64,000 bases of DNA from Candidatus Omnitrophota bacterium (GCA_003485765.1 DNHS01000051.1:2314-66313); one strand, 5' to 3'. Counted from the first letter of the stretch, positions 29,139 through 40,203 are shown. The notes: generated from the sequence alone by a model not told the origin. Translations and numbers: made by a program.

Positions 29139-30192
29139 AGATTTTTTCTATCTCTTTTATTATTTCGCTCTCGCTGGGCACCTGTCCCCCGCTTCTTCCA
29201 TAAAAATAAACAGGCTTTGAACAATCTATGGCAAGCTTCACATCTTCCACCATCTGGCCGCAGTTCATCTCTATAACTAAAAATGCTTTTACTTTTTTCG
29301 CCAGTTTCTTAAATTCTTTCTCAGGAAAAGGCCATAAAGAGATAGGCCTTAACATCCCTATTTTTTTACCAGTTTTGCGCAGTTTTTCAACAACGCTCCT
29401 TGTGATTCTGCTGGGAGTGCCATAAGCTACCAGCATAACCTTGCTATCGTCTCCGTATAAAATTTCGCAGCGCTCTTCTTTATCTTTTATTTCGTTATAT
29501 TTCTTCTGCAATTTCAAATTCAATCTCTCCAGTTCCCCTTCGGCAAGCAAAAGAGACCTTATTATCCGCGGTTTCCTTCCCTTGCACCCGTCCAGTATCC
29601 AGTCTTTTTTACCAAAACTTTTAACTTTAGACTTTAAACTTTTAAACTCTACTGGCGCCATCATCTGGCCTAATATTCCATCGCCCAGTATCATAACAGG
29701 CATCCTGTATTTATCCGCCAAGTCAAACGAAAGCATTGTTAAATCAGCTATCTCCTGCACAGATGCCGGCGCAATAACTATTTGGTGATAATCGCCATGG
29801 CCTCCGCTTTTAACTGCCTGGAAATAATCGCTCTGGCTTGGCCCGATATTACCTAATCCTGGCCCGCCTCTCATAATATTAACTATAACTGCTGGAAGTT
29901 CGCATGCAGCAAGGTAAGATATCCCTTCTTGTTTCAAGCTAATGCCAGGGCTTGAAGAAGAAGTCATCGCCCTGACGCCTGTAAGAGACGCCCCGAAAAC
30001 CATATTTATCGCAGAAATCTCGCTTTCAGACTGTATAAAAACTCCACCCACTTCAGGCATGCGTTTTGACATATAGCTAGGGAGCTCATTTTGAGGCGTA
30101 ATAGGATAGCCTGCGTAAAACCTGCAGCCTGCTATTATAGCCGCCTCTGCGATTGCTTCGTTTCCACACATTAAAACTTTTTTCATTTCCAA
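29131..30192 (-). CDS. 2-oxoacid:ferredoxin oxidoreductase alpha subunit (VorB-like)
   Basis: GNEAIAE, GYPITPQ, TSSSSPG. Confidence 0.93.
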   Translation of the reverse strand: MEMKKVLMCGNEAIAEAAIIAGCRFYAGYPITPQNELPSYMSKRMPEVGGVFIQSESEISAINMVFGASLTGVRAMTSSSSPGISLKQEGISYLAACELPAVIVNIMRGGPGLGNIGPSQSDYFQAVKSGGHGDYHQIVIAPASVQEIADLTMLSFDLADKYRMPVMILGDGILGQMMAPVEFKSLKSKVKSFGKKDWILDGCKGRKPRIIRSLLLAEGELERLNLKLQKKYNEIKDKEERCEILYGDDSKVMLVAYGTPSRITRSVVEKLRKTGKKIGMLRPISLWPFPEKEFKKLAKKVKAFLVIEMNCGQMVEDVKLAIDCSKPVYFYGRSGGQVPSESEIIKEIEKIYE

Positions 30193-30202
30193 CCTACGAA
30201 GT

Positions 30203-30406
30203 TTATTTATAAATCGTTATGCATAGATCAGGGCATATAATTGCGCAAAAAGAGCACCCTGAGCATCCGTCTTTTTCTATAAATCCAACAGGATACACGC
30301 CTTTTTTATTGAGCGACTTGGATTGTTTTATATGGCCTTTTGGACAATATAAAATACAAAGCCCGCAGCCTTTACATTTTTCTATATCAATCTTTATCTT
30401 AGGCAT
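30203..30406 (-). CDS. 4Fe-4S ferredoxin (delta subunit)
   Basis: Two CxxCxxCxxxCP motifs. Confidence 0.93.
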   Translation of the reverse strand: MPKIKIDIEKCKGCGLCILYCPKGHIKQSKSLNKKGVYPVGFIEKDGCSGCSFCAIICPDLCITIYK

Positions 30407-32315
30407 AGTTATTTTTTATAGTTTCTGCTATTTTTTTAGAGGATAACCCATACTTATCTAATAATAAAGCCCTGTCCCCATGTTCAATAAATTTATCAGG
30501 CAAGGCTATATTTTTAATTATAATATCTTTCTTTATTTTATCAATGATTAATTCCAAAACGCCTGAACCAAACCCTCCTTCAAGAACGCCTTCCTCTATT
30601 GTAAACAATCTGCCTGTCTTAAAAACTGACTGCGCTATTAATTCTATGTCCATGGGCTTTATAAATCTCGCATTTATGACTTCGCAGTTTATGCCTTCGT
30701 CCATTAAAAAAGATGCTGCCTCCAACGCAATATTAGACATATAACCAATATTTACTATTGTAGCGTCTTTGCCTTTTTTTAATAGCTCTCCTTTGCCTAA
30801 AGTTATAGGAGTTCTCGACTCGTCCGCCAATGCCGTAATAGCGGACTTGCTCGAACAATACTTGTAGCTTGCGCCGCGCGGATATCTTATTGCAACAGGG
30901 CCTTTATCATAAGAAACAGCCCAGCTAAACATATTATTCAATTCTTCTTCATTTCTTGGAGCCATAGACACAATATTCGGCAAATGCCTTATATAACTCA
31001 TGTCAAATGTTCCGTGATGCGTAGGCCCGTCTTCTCCCACAAGGCCTGCCCTATCAAGCATTAAAACTACATTCAAATTCTGGAGGCACACATCATGGAA
31101 CAACTGGTCATAAGAACGCTGTAAAAAAGTAGAATATATGGCCACCACGGGTTTAAAACCAGCCCTTGCCAAGCCCGCTGCAAACCCCACAGCATGCTGT
31201 TCAGCCATGCCTACGTCAAAAAATCTATTAGGAAAAAGATTCGCAAATTTATCAAGGCCTGTGCCTTCCGGCATTGCAGCTGTTATAGCTACTATCCTTT
31301 TATTCTCTTTAGCTATTTCTACTATTTTATTGCCAAATGCCTTTGTAAAACCTTCTTCAGGCGTAATATCTTTCGCTAGAGCTATTTTCTCGCCTGTATT
31401 CACATTAAAGCTAGATATGCCGTGAAATTTTTCAGGCCCTTTTTCTGCAAAACTATAGCCTTTTCCTTTTTTTGTAACCACATGCAGCAGAATAGGCTCA
31501 TCCAGGTTTACAATATTTTTCATGGTATCTATAACCGTAGTCACGTCATTTCCGTCAATCGGCCCAAAATACCTGAACCCAAGTTCTTCAAAAAGCATTC
31601 CAGGAACAAGAAGATTTTTAAGCCCTTCTTCTAACCTTCTTGCTGAACGTATAACGCTGAAACCAAAGCGAGGGACTTTTGAAAGAAGTCCCTCAATATC
31701 TTTTCTTATCCTGTTATATGCAGGCGCTGTAATAATTCTATTCAAATATTTACTCAACGCCCCAACACTTTTGGATATACTCATCTCATTATCATTCAGG
31801 ATAACAAGCATGTTTTTATGCAAATGGCCTGCGTGATTTAAGGCCTCCAATGCCATCCCTCCTCCAAGAGACGCGTCTCCTATAACTGCCACAACTTTAT
31901 AATTTTTATGCTCTATATCCCTCGCCGCAGCCATACCGAGCGCTGTAGAAATAGAAGTTGAGCCGTGGCCTGTGGTAAATACATCATACTCGCTTTCATA
32001 TTTATTCGGAAACCCGCTAATGCCTCCTGCTTTACGAAGCGTATTGAATCTGTCTTTTCTACCCGTTAAAATCTTGTGGGCATACGCCTGATGCCCCACA
32101 TCCCATATGATAATATCTTCAGGCGCGTTTAAACAATAATGAATGCCTATTATAAGCTCGACTGCCCCAAGGCTTGACGCTAAGTGCCCACCCGAAGAAG
32201 CCACATTGTTTATAATAACCTCTCGTATCTCCTGCGCTAAAATAGGTAATTTATCTACGCTGAGTTTTTTTAAATCTAATGGGCTATTTATACTATCCAA
32301 CAATCTCTCTGCCAT
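30399..32315 (-). CDS. dxs: 1-deoxy-D-xylulose-5-phosphate synthase
   Basis: GGHLASSLG, WDVGHQAY, DRAGLVGEDGPTHHG. Confidence 0.97.
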   Translation of the reverse strand: MAERLLDSINSPLDLKKLSVDKLPILAQEIREVIINNVASSGGHLASSLGAVELIIGIHYCLNAPEDIIIWDVGHQAYAHKILTGRKDRFNTLRKAGGISGFPNKYESEYDVFTTGHGSTSISTALGMAAARDIEHKNYKVVAVIGDASLGGGMALEALNHAGHLHKNMLVILNDNEMSISKSVGALSKYLNRIITAPAYNRIRKDIEGLLSKVPRFGFSVIRSARRLEEGLKNLLVPGMLFEELGFRYFGPIDGNDVTTVIDTMKNIVNLDEPILLHVVTKKGKGYSFAEKGPEKFHGISSFNVNTGEKIALAKDITPEEGFTKAFGNKIVEIAKENKRIVAITAAMPEGTGLDKFANLFPNRFFDVGMAEQHAVGFAAGLARAGFKPVVAIYSTFLQRSYDQLFHDVCLQNLNVVLMLDRAGLVGEDGPTHHGTFDMSYIRHLPNIVSMAPRNEEELNNMFSWAVSYDKGPVAIRYPRGASYKYCSSKSAITALADESRTPITLGKGELLKKGKDATIVNIGYMSNIALEAASFLMDEGINCEVINARFIKPMDIELIAQSVFKTGRLFTIEEGVLEGGFGSGVLELIIDKIKKDIIIKNIALPDKFIEHGDRALLLDKYGLSSKKIAETIKNNYA

Positions 32316-32337
32316 ATCCTAATCCTAATCCAATTCA

Positions 32338-32490
32338 AACAACTTTACAAAATGACATTCAGACTGTGTTACAATCGGTAGCCGCAGGCTTTAGCCTGCG
32401 ATATGTTGCGCAACCTAAAGGTTGCGGCTACCATATATAGGCACCGATGAGGATTACAACACAGTCTGAATGTCAAAATGTAAAGTTGTT
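32338..32490. mobile_element. Nested element: 41-bp palindrome copy E split by a 113-bp TIR-bounded MITE that contains a GTAG REP doublet
   Basis: Arms 32338-32357 and 32471-32490; TIR TTCAGACTGTGTT/AACACAGTCTGAA; REPs GGTAGCCGCAGGCTTTAGCCTGCG (32377-32400) and CGCAACCTAAAGGTTGCGGCTACC (32409-32432). Confidence 0.8.
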
Positions 32491-33288
32491 TAGCATCAAA
32501 TCGCCTAATTGTGCTAACTTATCTGCTTTTTTGCCAAAAATCTTTAGATAGCTTTTTGCTTTGTTTGCTAAAGCTCTGGCTTTTTCTTTTGTGAGATATT
32601 CGCCATATAGTTTTACATATCCGTCTTTATCCTTTAAATCATCAAATAGCTGAAATGCAAGGCCGATATCTCTTCCGAAATTTCCCAAAGCATTTATTTC
32701 CAGCTTACTTGCGCCTTTAATAATCCCGCCTGATTTAACTGCAACTTCAAACAGCACTGCTGTCTTCTTTAAATTAATATATTCTATCTCTGCCCTCTGC
32801 CCTCTGCCCTCTGCCCTTTTTTTTAAAATATCCACAACCTGTCCGCCTATTGTACCGCGAGTCCCAACTGCTTTTGATATCTCTTTTATTGCCTTTATGC
32901 TGCCTGATTCTGCTATCACCTGAAATGCCAGAGTCAGAAGTCCGTCCCCTGCTAGAAGCGCTATATCTTCTCCGTATTTTTTATGGCATGTTTTTTTGCC
33001 GCGCCTGAAATTATCATCATCCATACATGGCATATCATCGTGCACAAGGGTATAGGAATGCGCTAATTCTATGCCGCACGCAACAGGTATTATTGAGTTA
33101 CCTTTTCCTCCGCATGCCTCAAACCCTGCAATAGCAAATATAGGCCTTATTCTTTTGCCTCCTGGAAATACTGAATACCTCATGGCCCTGTGTATAATCT
33201 GAGGCTTCAGCGAACATGAAGGAAGATATCTATCCAAAGCCCTATCTATTATCTTCTTTTTATCTAATATATACTTTTTAATATCCAT
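32473..33288 (-). CDS. ispA: Polyprenyl (farnesyl) diphosphate synthase
   Basis: GGKRIRP, HDDMPCMDDDNFRRG, FQLFDDLKD; xseAB-ispA-dxs synteny. Confidence 0.92.
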   Translation of the reverse strand: MDIKKYILDKKKIIDRALDRYLPSCSLKPQIIHRAMRYSVFPGGKRIRPIFAIAGFEACGGKGNSIIPVACGIELAHSYTLVHDDMPCMDDDNFRRGKKTCHKKYGEDIALLAGDGLLTLAFQVIAESGSIKAIKEISKAVGTRGTIGGQVVDILKKRAEGRGQRAEIEYINLKKTAVLFEVAVKSGGIIKGASKLEINALGNFGRDIGLAFQLFDDLKDKDGYVKLYGEYLTKEKARALANKAKSYLKIFGKKADKLAQLGDLMLNNFTF

Positions 33289-33292
33289 GCGA

Positions 33293-33514
33293 TCATTCTT
33301 TAAAAGGTTCCAGCGTAACCTTGCCGTCTTTTTTAATGAGGACTTCTACCTTGCGTTTTGTCTCATCCAGCCTTTTTCTGCAAGCCTGGATCAATTTTAC
33401 TCCCTCTTCATATTTTTTTAATGACTCCTCTAGAGGCATATTCCCGCTCTCAAGCTCATTTACAATCTCTTCCAGCTTTTTCATCATCTCTTCAAATTTT
33501 AATTCTTTTGCCAT
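33293..33514 (-). CDS. xseB: Exonuclease VII small subunit
   Basis: FEEMMKKLEEIV..LE.G..PLEESL..YEEG. Confidence 0.95.
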   Translation of the reverse strand: MAKELKFEEMMKKLEEIVNELESGNMPLEESLKKYEEGVKLIQACRKRLDETKRKVEVLIKKDGKVTLEPFKE

Positions 33515-33522
33515 ATATCCTC

Positions 33523-34650
33523 CTACTCAATCCTGCTTGTAAAACTGCCTTTAGAAACTTTTGTTTCTACTAAATCTCCTTTTTTAAGAGATTGGCTATT
33601 TTTTATTATCTTTCTATCTGGAAGTTTGAAACTGATGCTATAACCTCTATCTAAAATTCCAACGGGGCTAAGTATGCCTAATTTTTCAGAAAGCAATTTA
33701 AAACCTTCTTCTTTTAATTCCATATAATGCCTGAATCTTAAGACCATGCCCTCTTCTATCTCATCCAGCCTCTGCTCGTATTCCTTAACTATGTCCATTG
33801 GAAAACCTATTATCTTTTTTTCTATCTCATCAAGCCTGTCCTCAAGCTCGCTCTTTTTTGCTATCACAATTTCTGCGGCTACAGAAGGCGTGGGAGCCCT
33901 CATATCCGCTACAAAATCGCTTATTGTCCAATCTATCTCATGGCCAACTGCGCTTATAATAGGTATCTTTGAGTTATATATGGCTCTTGCCACTATCTCT
34001 TCGTTAAAAGCCCACAGATCTTCCAAGCTTCCGCCTCCTCTACCTACTATCATGACATCCACATTTTTAAGAGCGTTGAATTCTTCTATTGCAGAGGCTA
34101 TCTCTTCCCTTGCCCCATCTCCCTGGACTTTTACAGGATTTATAATCACCTCTACATTAGAAAATCTTTTATTTAAAACATGCAGAATATCTCTTATGGC
34201 AGCGCCTGTTATGGACGTGACGATTCCTATTCTTTCAGGAAGAAGCGGTATCTCTTTTTTATGCGCCTCTTCAAAAAGCCCCTCTTTGAAAAGTTTTTCT
34301 TTCAGTTGTTCAAACGCAAGCTGCAGCTCTCCTACGCCCCTTGGCTCCATCTTTGTTACATAAAGCTGATAAACGCCTCTTTTTTCATATATACTGATTC
34401 TTCCGGAGCATAAAACCTGCATGCCGTCTTTTATTTCAAATTTTATCTTTTCGTTACTGTTTTTAAAAAATACGCATTTTAATTCACTTCTTTCATCCTT
34501 TAATGTAAAATAAAAATGGCCCGAAGAGGGCCTGTCAAAATTCGATATCTCTCCTTCAATCCATATGTTTTGGAATGAGTCCTCCAGCACTATTTTTATG
34601 CTGGCGCTCAACTGGCTTACTGTATAAATATATCTTCCCTTATCTTCCAT
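33523..34650 (-). CDS. xseA: Exonuclease VII large subunit
   Basis: SGHFYFTLKD, GRGGGSLEDLWAFNEE, RAPTPS. Confidence 0.96.
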   Translation of the reverse strand: MEDKGRYIYTVSQLSASIKIVLEDSFQNIWIEGEISNFDRPSSGHFYFTLKDERSELKCVFFKNSNEKIKFEIKDGMQVLCSGRISIYEKRGVYQLYVTKMEPRGVGELQLAFEQLKEKLFKEGLFEEAHKKEIPLLPERIGIVTSITGAAIRDILHVLNKRFSNVEVIINPVKVQGDGAREEIASAIEEFNALKNVDVMIVGRGGGSLEDLWAFNEEIVARAIYNSKIPIISAVGHEIDWTISDFVADMRAPTPSVAAEIVIAKKSELEDRLDEIEKKIIGFPMDIVKEYEQRLDEIEEGMVLRFRHYMELKEEGFKLLSEKLGILSPVGILDRGYSISFKLPDRKIIKNSQSLKKGDLVETKVSKGSFTSRIE

Positions 34651-34651
34651 A

Positions 34652-35443
34652 CTAGCGATAATTCTCTATCTTTTCTTTTACCCTTTCTATCAAAAGGCAC
34701 TTGCCGCTTTCATCATCTATCTTCACTATGGCTCCCTGTAATTCCACATTTTTATCCGCTATTTCAAATTTTTTCGGCAGAAGCGTTAAAAAATGCTCTA
34801 CTATTGCGTCGCTTCTTCTGCCTATTACTGAATCCTGGGGCCCTGTCATTCCTAAATCAGTGATATATCCAGTGCCCTGAGAAAATATCTTCTCATCTGC
34901 TGTTTGAACATGCGTATGAGTGCCGAATACAACGCTGACTCTAGAATCCAAGAATATTCCCATGGCTATTTTTTCGCTTGTAGCCTCTGCGTGCATATCC
35001 ACTAAAATAATCTTTGTAACTCTATTGATTTTTTCTATCTCTTTCTCAGCTGCTGTAAAAGGGCAATCAACCGGATGCATAAAAACCCTGCCCAAAAGAT
35101 TTATCACAGCTACCTTTTTCCCGTTCTCCAGAGAAATAACTGTCATACCTGAGCCAGGAGAAGTCTGGGGATAATTCGCAGGCCTTAAAATACGATTGTC
35201 CTTGGAAAGCCTCTCGTATATCTCCTTTTTCTTCCAGACATGGTCTCCTGAAGTTATAACGTCTATCTTATTCTGCAATAGTTCATCTACAGTTTCAGGG
35301 GTAAGCCCTGAGCCTCCTGCAACATTCTCTGCATTTGCAATGACAAAATCAATATCTCTATCTTTGCGTAATCTAGGAACTATTTTTTTAACAGCTTCTC
35401 TGCCAGGGCTCCCGACTATGTCGCCTATTAACAGTATCCTCAT
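34652..35443 (-). CDS. ymdB: YmdB-family metallophosphoesterase
   Basis: [26 protein letters not shown]; follows rny. Confidence 0.92.
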   Translation of the reverse strand: MRILLIGDIVGSPGREAVKKIVPRLRKDRDIDFVIANAENVAGGSGLTPETVDELLQNKIDVITSGDHVWKKKEIYERLSKDNRILRPANYPQTSPGSGMTVISLENGKKVAVINLLGRVFMHPVDCPFTAAEKEIEKINRVTKIILVDMHAEATSEKIAMGIFLDSRVSVVFGTHTHVQTADEKIFSQGTGYITDLGMTGPQDSVIGRRSDAIVEHFLTLLPKKFEIADKNVELQGAIVKIDDESGKCLLIERVKEKIENYR

Positions 35444-37011
35444 TTAGCATACTCCACTGCTCTTGTTTCGCGTATCACAGTAACTCTTATCTGCCCGGGA
35501 TATTCAAGGCCTTCTTCTATTTTCTTTGTTATCTCCCTGGCTAATCCCATAGCCTGAAGGTCGCTTATCTTTTCAGGCTGTACAACCACCCTTATCTCTC
35601 TCCCAGCCTGTATTGCAAATGCCTTCTCAACGCCTTTAAATGAATCAGCTATAGCTTCCAGTTTTTCAAGCCGCTTTATATAATTCTCAAGGGACTCGCG
35701 CCTTGCGCCCGGCCTTGTAGCGCTAACAGTATCCGCAGCCTGCAAAAGCACTGCATAAATAGTCCCCGGCGCTTCTTCTTCGTGATGGGACGCTATTGCA
35801 TTTATAATATCTGACGCCTCGCCGTATTTTTTGGCCAGGTCTGCGCCTATCTTTGCATGCGGGCCCTCTACTTCATGAGTCACTGCCTTGCCTATATCAT
35901 GCAAAAGCCCTATTCGCTTTGCAAGAGTCACATCCAAATTAAGTTCTCCTGCCATAACTCCCATAATAACGCTTACCTCTTTCATATGTTGAAGCGCATT
36001 TTGCCCGTAACTAGTCCTGTATTTTAATCTTCCTATAAGCCTCACTATTTCAGGATGTATCTTTTGAAGCCCTAATTCAAAAAGCGTTCGCTCTCCTTCT
36101 TCTTTAATAGTAGCTTCCATTTCCTGTTTGACTTTATTGACAACTTCTTCTATGCGGCCAGGGTGAATACGTCCATCCTGCAAAAGCCGCTCTAAACTTA
36201 TCCTTGCTATCTCGCGCTTCACAATATCAAAGCCAGAGAGTATTACAGCCTCTGGGGTATCATCAATAATCACATCCACTCCTGTGGCCATTTCAAGCGC
36301 CCGGATATTGCGGCCTTCTCTCCCTATAATCCTTCCTTTCATCTCGTCATTTGGCAAATTCACAACAGATACGGTTGTATTTATTACATGTTCTGCAGCG
36401 CACTTCTGCATGCTGAGCGAAAGAATTTCCTTGGCCTTTTTCTCCGCAGATTCCCTAGCCCTGTCCTCTATTGCTTTAAAAAGTATTTGCGCTTCTCTCT
36501 GAGCATCAGTCTCCACTCTCTGTAAAAACAGCTTCTTTGCCTCTTCAACGCTCAGGCCGGATATCCTTTGCAGTTTCGCTTTTTCTTCTTCAATAAGCCT
36601 TAAAAACTCATTATGCCTTGATTCAATGGATCTTTCCTTGTCCACCAAAAGAGATTCTCTTCTCTGTATTTCCTTTTCTTTTCTGTCAAGAACATCCACT
36701 TTCCTATCTATATTTTCTTCCTTCTGCACAAGCCTTTTTTCAAGATTGGTCATCTCCTGGCGTCTATCTTTTGTAGTTTGTTCAAAGTCTGACTGTATCT
36801 TGAATTTCAGGTCTTTTACTTCCAGCTCTACCTCTTTTTTTCTGTTCTCAAATTCTTTTCTGGAATTCTCGAGGCTCTTCTTTGCCCTGTCCTCCATCTC
36901 TTTTAGATGCCTCTCTCCGAAAAACTTCCTTATGAAATACCCTGCGAAAAATATCAGGATAAAAACCAGGACTTCTATTGCATAAATTATTATTTTAAGA
37001 TTCGAACTCAT
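35440..37011 (-). CDS. rny: Ribonuclease Y
   Basis: N-terminal TM, coiled coil, KH domain ([13 protein letters not shown]), HD domain (LLHDIGK). Confidence 0.97.
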   Translation of the reverse strand: MSSNLKIIIYAIEVLVFILIFFAGYFIRKFFGERHLKEMEDRAKKSLENSRKEFENRKKEVELEVKDLKFKIQSDFEQTTKDRRQEMTNLEKRLVQKEENIDRKVDVLDRKEKEIQRRESLLVDKERSIESRHNEFLRLIEEEKAKLQRISGLSVEEAKKLFLQRVETDAQREAQILFKAIEDRARESAEKKAKEILSLSMQKCAAEHVINTTVSVVNLPNDEMKGRIIGREGRNIRALEMATGVDVIIDDTPEAVILSGFDIVKREIARISLERLLQDGRIHPGRIEEVVNKVKQEMEATIKEEGERTLFELGLQKIHPEIVRLIGRLKYRTSYGQNALQHMKEVSVIMGVMAGELNLDVTLAKRIGLLHDIGKAVTHEVEGPHAKIGADLAKKYGEASDIINAIASHHEEEAPGTIYAVLLQAADTVSATRPGARRESLENYIKRLEKLEAIADSFKGVEKAFAIQAGREIRVVVQPEKISDLQAMGLAREITKKIEEGLEYPGQIRVTVIRETRAVEYAK

Positions 37012-37047
37012 GTCAGCACCTCCCAGCTATTTTATGTGAAAGCAGCG

Positions 37048-37605
37048 TTAGTCGGTTATGACACTGGCGAGAGGGACATCTCTTCTTGTAGCAGGGACTT
37101 TATCAAGCAGTTGAAATCTGAAGCCAAGGCCTATCTTTGATCTGCCTTTTGGAAGGCGTCTTAGAAAATTATCGTAATAGCCCTTTCCGTGTCCAATACG
37201 GTTGTTGCTTTTGTCAAAGGCAATTCCAGGCACTATTACCAGGTCTATGTCTTTCAACGCTGCAGATTTTTTATTTGAGGGCCCAATTGGCTCATAAATG
37301 CCGTACGGCCCTTTTTCCAATCTCTTGATATCCCTTAGATATACAGGTTTAATATTTCTATCCTTCGCCAATGTAACCGGTAAAACTACTTTTTTGCCCA
37401 TTATAAGGGCTTTTTTTATTATTGGGCCTGTTTCTACCTCCCCAGTCCCTTTAGAAACATAAAGCATCACGCATTTAGATTTTAAAAAATCTTCATTCAG
37501 AAATAACTTTTTGTGTATAGCTCTGCTTCTTTGTCTCCTTTCCGATCCTTTTTGACTTTTTATTTTTATTTTCATCTTTTTTCTGACAATCTCTTTTGCT
37601 TCCAT
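37048..37605 (-). CDS. 5-formyltetrahydrofolate cyclo-ligase
   Basis: VPGIAFD..NRIGHGKGYYD. Confidence 0.93.
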   Translation of the reverse strand: MEAKEIVRKKMKIKIKSQKGSERRQRSRAIHKKLFLNEDFLKSKCVMLYVSKGTGEVETGPIIKKALIMGKKVVLPVTLAKDRNIKPVYLRDIKRLEKGPYGIYEPIGPSNKKSAALKDIDLVIVPGIAFDKSNNRIGHGKGYYDNFLRRLPKGRSKIGLGFRFQLLDKVPATRRDVPLASVITD

Positions 37606-37616
37606 AGCCAGTAACT

Positions 37617-38006
37617 CTATTTCTTGTTCTTTTTCAAATAGTCGTCTATTGCTGATTTAAGGGCCTCTTCCGCAAGCACAGAGCAATGCATTTTCACCTT
37701 TGGAAGCCCGCCAAGCGCTTCAGCAACAGCCCTGTTGGAAACCTGCAACGCTTCTTCTATTGTCTTTCCCTTTACAATCTCAGTAACCATGCTGCTAGTA
37801 GCTATGGCTGCTCCGCAACCGAATGTTTTAAACTTTGCGTCAGTAATTCTGTTATCCTTTACCTTGATGTAAAGCCTCATAATGTCGCCGCACACAGGGT
37901 TTCCTACGTTTCCAATCCCGTCTGCGTCAAGGATCTCGCCCACATTCCTTGGGTTTTTGAAATGCTCCATTACTGTTTCACTGTATTGTGTGTGAAAACT
38001 TTCCAT
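37617..38006 (-). CDS. iscU: Fe-S cluster scaffold IscU/NifU
   Basis: HFKNPRNVG, NPVCGD, FKTFGCG, KMHCSVL. Confidence 0.93.
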   Translation of the reverse strand: MESFHTQYSETVMEHFKNPRNVGEILDADGIGNVGNPVCGDIMRLYIKVKDNRITDAKFKTFGCGAAIATSSMVTEIVKGKTIEEALQVSNRAVAEALGGLPKVKMHCSVLAEEALKSAIDDYLKKNKK

Positions 38007-38019
38007 AACCACTCCTTTG

Positions 38020-38682
38020 TTATAACTTATTCCCAAGGATAACTTCCCTCGGCCTATTAACCTTGGAATAATCTTTTGCTGGTTTTATACTTTTCAAACT
38101 ATCCAGCTTGTTTAAATCTTTCAGCCTGTTGTAAATCAATATCCACGCGCAGTCTTTATTCTTATCAACCTCGCACTTGCCCTTATTGGAACCTCCGCAT
38201 GGCCCGTTCAAAAGGCCTTTTGCGCATCTTGTTACAGGACATATACCTGCTGTCGTATTCAGAACACACTCCCCGCACATAGCGCATCTTTCAAAAAATC
38301 CATAACCTGTCGCATCCAATATAGACCCGAATATAGTATCGCAGCCTATATAAACAGGCCTTTTAGCCCTGTCATTTTCAAACACTGACTGGCCGCCTAA
38401 ACCGCACGCTAGCACCAGAAAAGCATCTGAGTCATCCACCATTTTCTTATTTTTCGCAAAATGAAGCTTGGCCTGGCTTGCTACGCAAGGCGCTTTGGGT
38501 ATTGCCCATCCTGTAACAGTCTTTCCATTTGCCTCAAGCATGGCCTTCATCTCTATGATTTCTTTTTCTCCGCCTGTCTTGCAAGTAGTAGCGCACTCCC
38601 CGCATCCTATTATAAAAATTTTTGACGCAGGGCCAAGCGCCTTTAATATCTCTTCGATTGGTTTTTTCTTAGTGACTATCAT
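38020..38682 (-). CDS. Methylene-THF reductase C-terminal-like Cys-rich protein (MetV-like)
   Basis: GCGECATTC, CAMCGEC, ICPVTRCAKGLLNGPCGG. Confidence 0.88.
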   Translation of the reverse strand: MIVTKKKPIEEILKALGPASKIFIIGCGECATTCKTGGEKEIIEMKAMLEANGKTVTGWAIPKAPCVASQAKLHFAKNKKMVDDSDAFLVLACGLGGQSVFENDRAKRPVYIGCDTIFGSILDATGYGFFERCAMCGECVLNTTAGICPVTRCAKGLLNGPCGGSNKGKCEVDKNKDCAWILIYNRLKDLNKLDSLKSIKPAKDYSKVNRPREVILGNKL

Positions 38683-38683
38683 A

Positions 38684-39235
38684 TTACAGAAGCTCCTTTA
38701 TGTCTTTTTCAAATACCTCTTTATCATTATACCCTATATATTTTTTTCTGATATTGCCGTCTTTATCCACAATAAAAGTAGTTGGGATTGCTCTTATGCC
38801 TCCGTATAAATCGCTCACTTCTTCATTGCCAAGCAAAATAGTGTAATTTATCTTGTTTTTTAATACAAATCCAGGCACTACCTTTTCTCCTTGCATATCC
38901 AGCGCAATACCTATTACCTCCAAGCCTTGTTCTTTGTATTGATTATAAAGATCGATAAAATGCGGTATCTCTTCCCTACAGGGCGGACACCAGGTAGCCC
39001 AAAAATCAATAATAATAACTTTGCCTTTAAAATCGGAAAGCTTTTTTTCTATCCCGTTTACATCCTTAAGCGAAAATTTAGGAGCTTGTTTTAAACGCGG
39101 CTTCTTTTGCGCGCTGATTTCCTGCGGGATTTCTTTTATAGGCACTATTTTTGGAACAGTATTAATCTTTACTATTCCAAAAATAATCATAGCTCCGATC
39201 ACTGCCAGAACAATAATAAAAGTCTTATTATTCAT
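38684..39235 (-). CDS. TlpA/ResA thioredoxin-like disulfide reductase
   Basis: N-terminal TM, FWATWCPPC. Confidence 0.92.
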   Translation of the reverse strand: MNNKTFIIVLAVIGAMIIFGIVKINTVPKIVPIKEIPQEISAQKKPRLKQAPKFSLKDVNGIEKKLSDFKGKVIIIDFWATWCPPCREEIPHFIDLYNQYKEQGLEVIGIALDMQGEKVVPGFVLKNKINYTILLGNEEVSDLYGGIRAIPTTFIVDKDGNIRKKYIGYNDKEVFEKDIKELL

Positions 39236-39237
39236 TT

Positions 39238-39957
39238 TTAGCCTTTTGTAAATAGGCTGCTAAGCCTGGAAAACTGCCCGGAAAATAATATTGCGCCCAT
39301 CAATATCAGAAATACACCTGAAACTAAAGGCGCGAAACGCATAAAGTTCTTGAATTTTGCGAAAAGAAACAGAAATTGGTTTATCGCAAGGCTTGCTATA
39401 AAAAACGGCAGGCCTAGACCCATAGAATAGGCTAATAAAAGGGTTGTGGCTTTAGGCAGGCTTTCAAGCGTAGAGGCATATATAAGAATGCTTGATAATA
39501 TTGGCCCCACGCATGGCGTCCATCCAAATGCAAATGCCATGCCCACTAATAAAGACCCTAGATAACCAAAATTCTTTCTCTTTAAACTAATCCCTTTCCC
39601 CTGGCTTAAAAACCTTGTTTTTATTACACCCATTATATTAAGGCCGAATAAAATTATTAATACCCCTCCTATCCTTTCAAGCCATATTCTTTTTATTCCA
39701 AAAAAACTGCCAAAATATGACAGCGTCAGCCCCAGCAATACAAAAATTATTGAAAACCCTAAAATAAAGAATAAAGAGTTTAGCCCAGTAAGCTTTGTTA
39801 TATCAGAGGGCTTTCCGGAGGATTTTATATCCTCAAAAGACCTGCCTGTAATATAAGTAATATAAGACGGGAAAAGCGGCAAGATGCAAGGAGAAAGAAA
39901 TGAAAGAACGCCTGCAGAAAACGCTATAAGAATAGAGACTTCGCTTCCGGAAAACAT
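39238..39957 (-). CDS. ccdA: Cytochrome c biogenesis protein CcdA
   Basis: SFLSPCILP, GWTPCVGP. Confidence 0.93.
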   Translation of the reverse strand: MFSGSEVSILIAFSAGVLSFLSPCILPLFPSYITYITGRSFEDIKSSGKPSDITKLTGLNSLFFILGFSIIFVLLGLTLSYFGSFFGIKRIWLERIGGVLIILFGLNIMGVIKTRFLSQGKGISLKRKNFGYLGSLLVGMAFAFGWTPCVGPILSSILIYASTLESLPKATTLLLAYSMGLGLPFFIASLAINQFLFLFAKFKNFMRFAPLVSGVFLILMGAILFSGQFSRLSSLFTKG

Positions 39958-39972
39958 GACTCCCCCTTCAGT

Positions 39973-40203
39973 TTACCTGGCCGAAGCCCTTACTTTTATA
40001 ATATCAAGCTCCTGACGTATGTCAGTAAGCCGTGCGATTATGTCTTCCTGGTTCTTTAAAACCCTGTCTATTCTCTCTGAAAGCTTTATTGCGTCACTCT
40101 TTGGATCCTGGTTATTTTCTTTGCCAAAGATATTAAGCGTAAATATGCAGAGAGATACAAGAATCGCTCCTAATAGCGATAAAATCCAAATCTTTCTCAT
40201 CAT
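39973..40203 (-). CDS. Small exported coiled-coil hypothetical protein
   Basis: Signal/TM segment plus heptad region; GAGG RBS. Confidence 0.65.
   Translation of the reverse strand: MMRKIWILSLLGAILVSLCIFTLNIFGKENNQDPKSDAIKLSERIDRVLKNQEDIIARLTDIRQELDIIKVRASAR

Noticed and set aside
37605-37617. 6S RNA expected upstream of 5-formyl-THF cyclo-ligase
   Set aside because: The intergenic gap is only about 11 bp.
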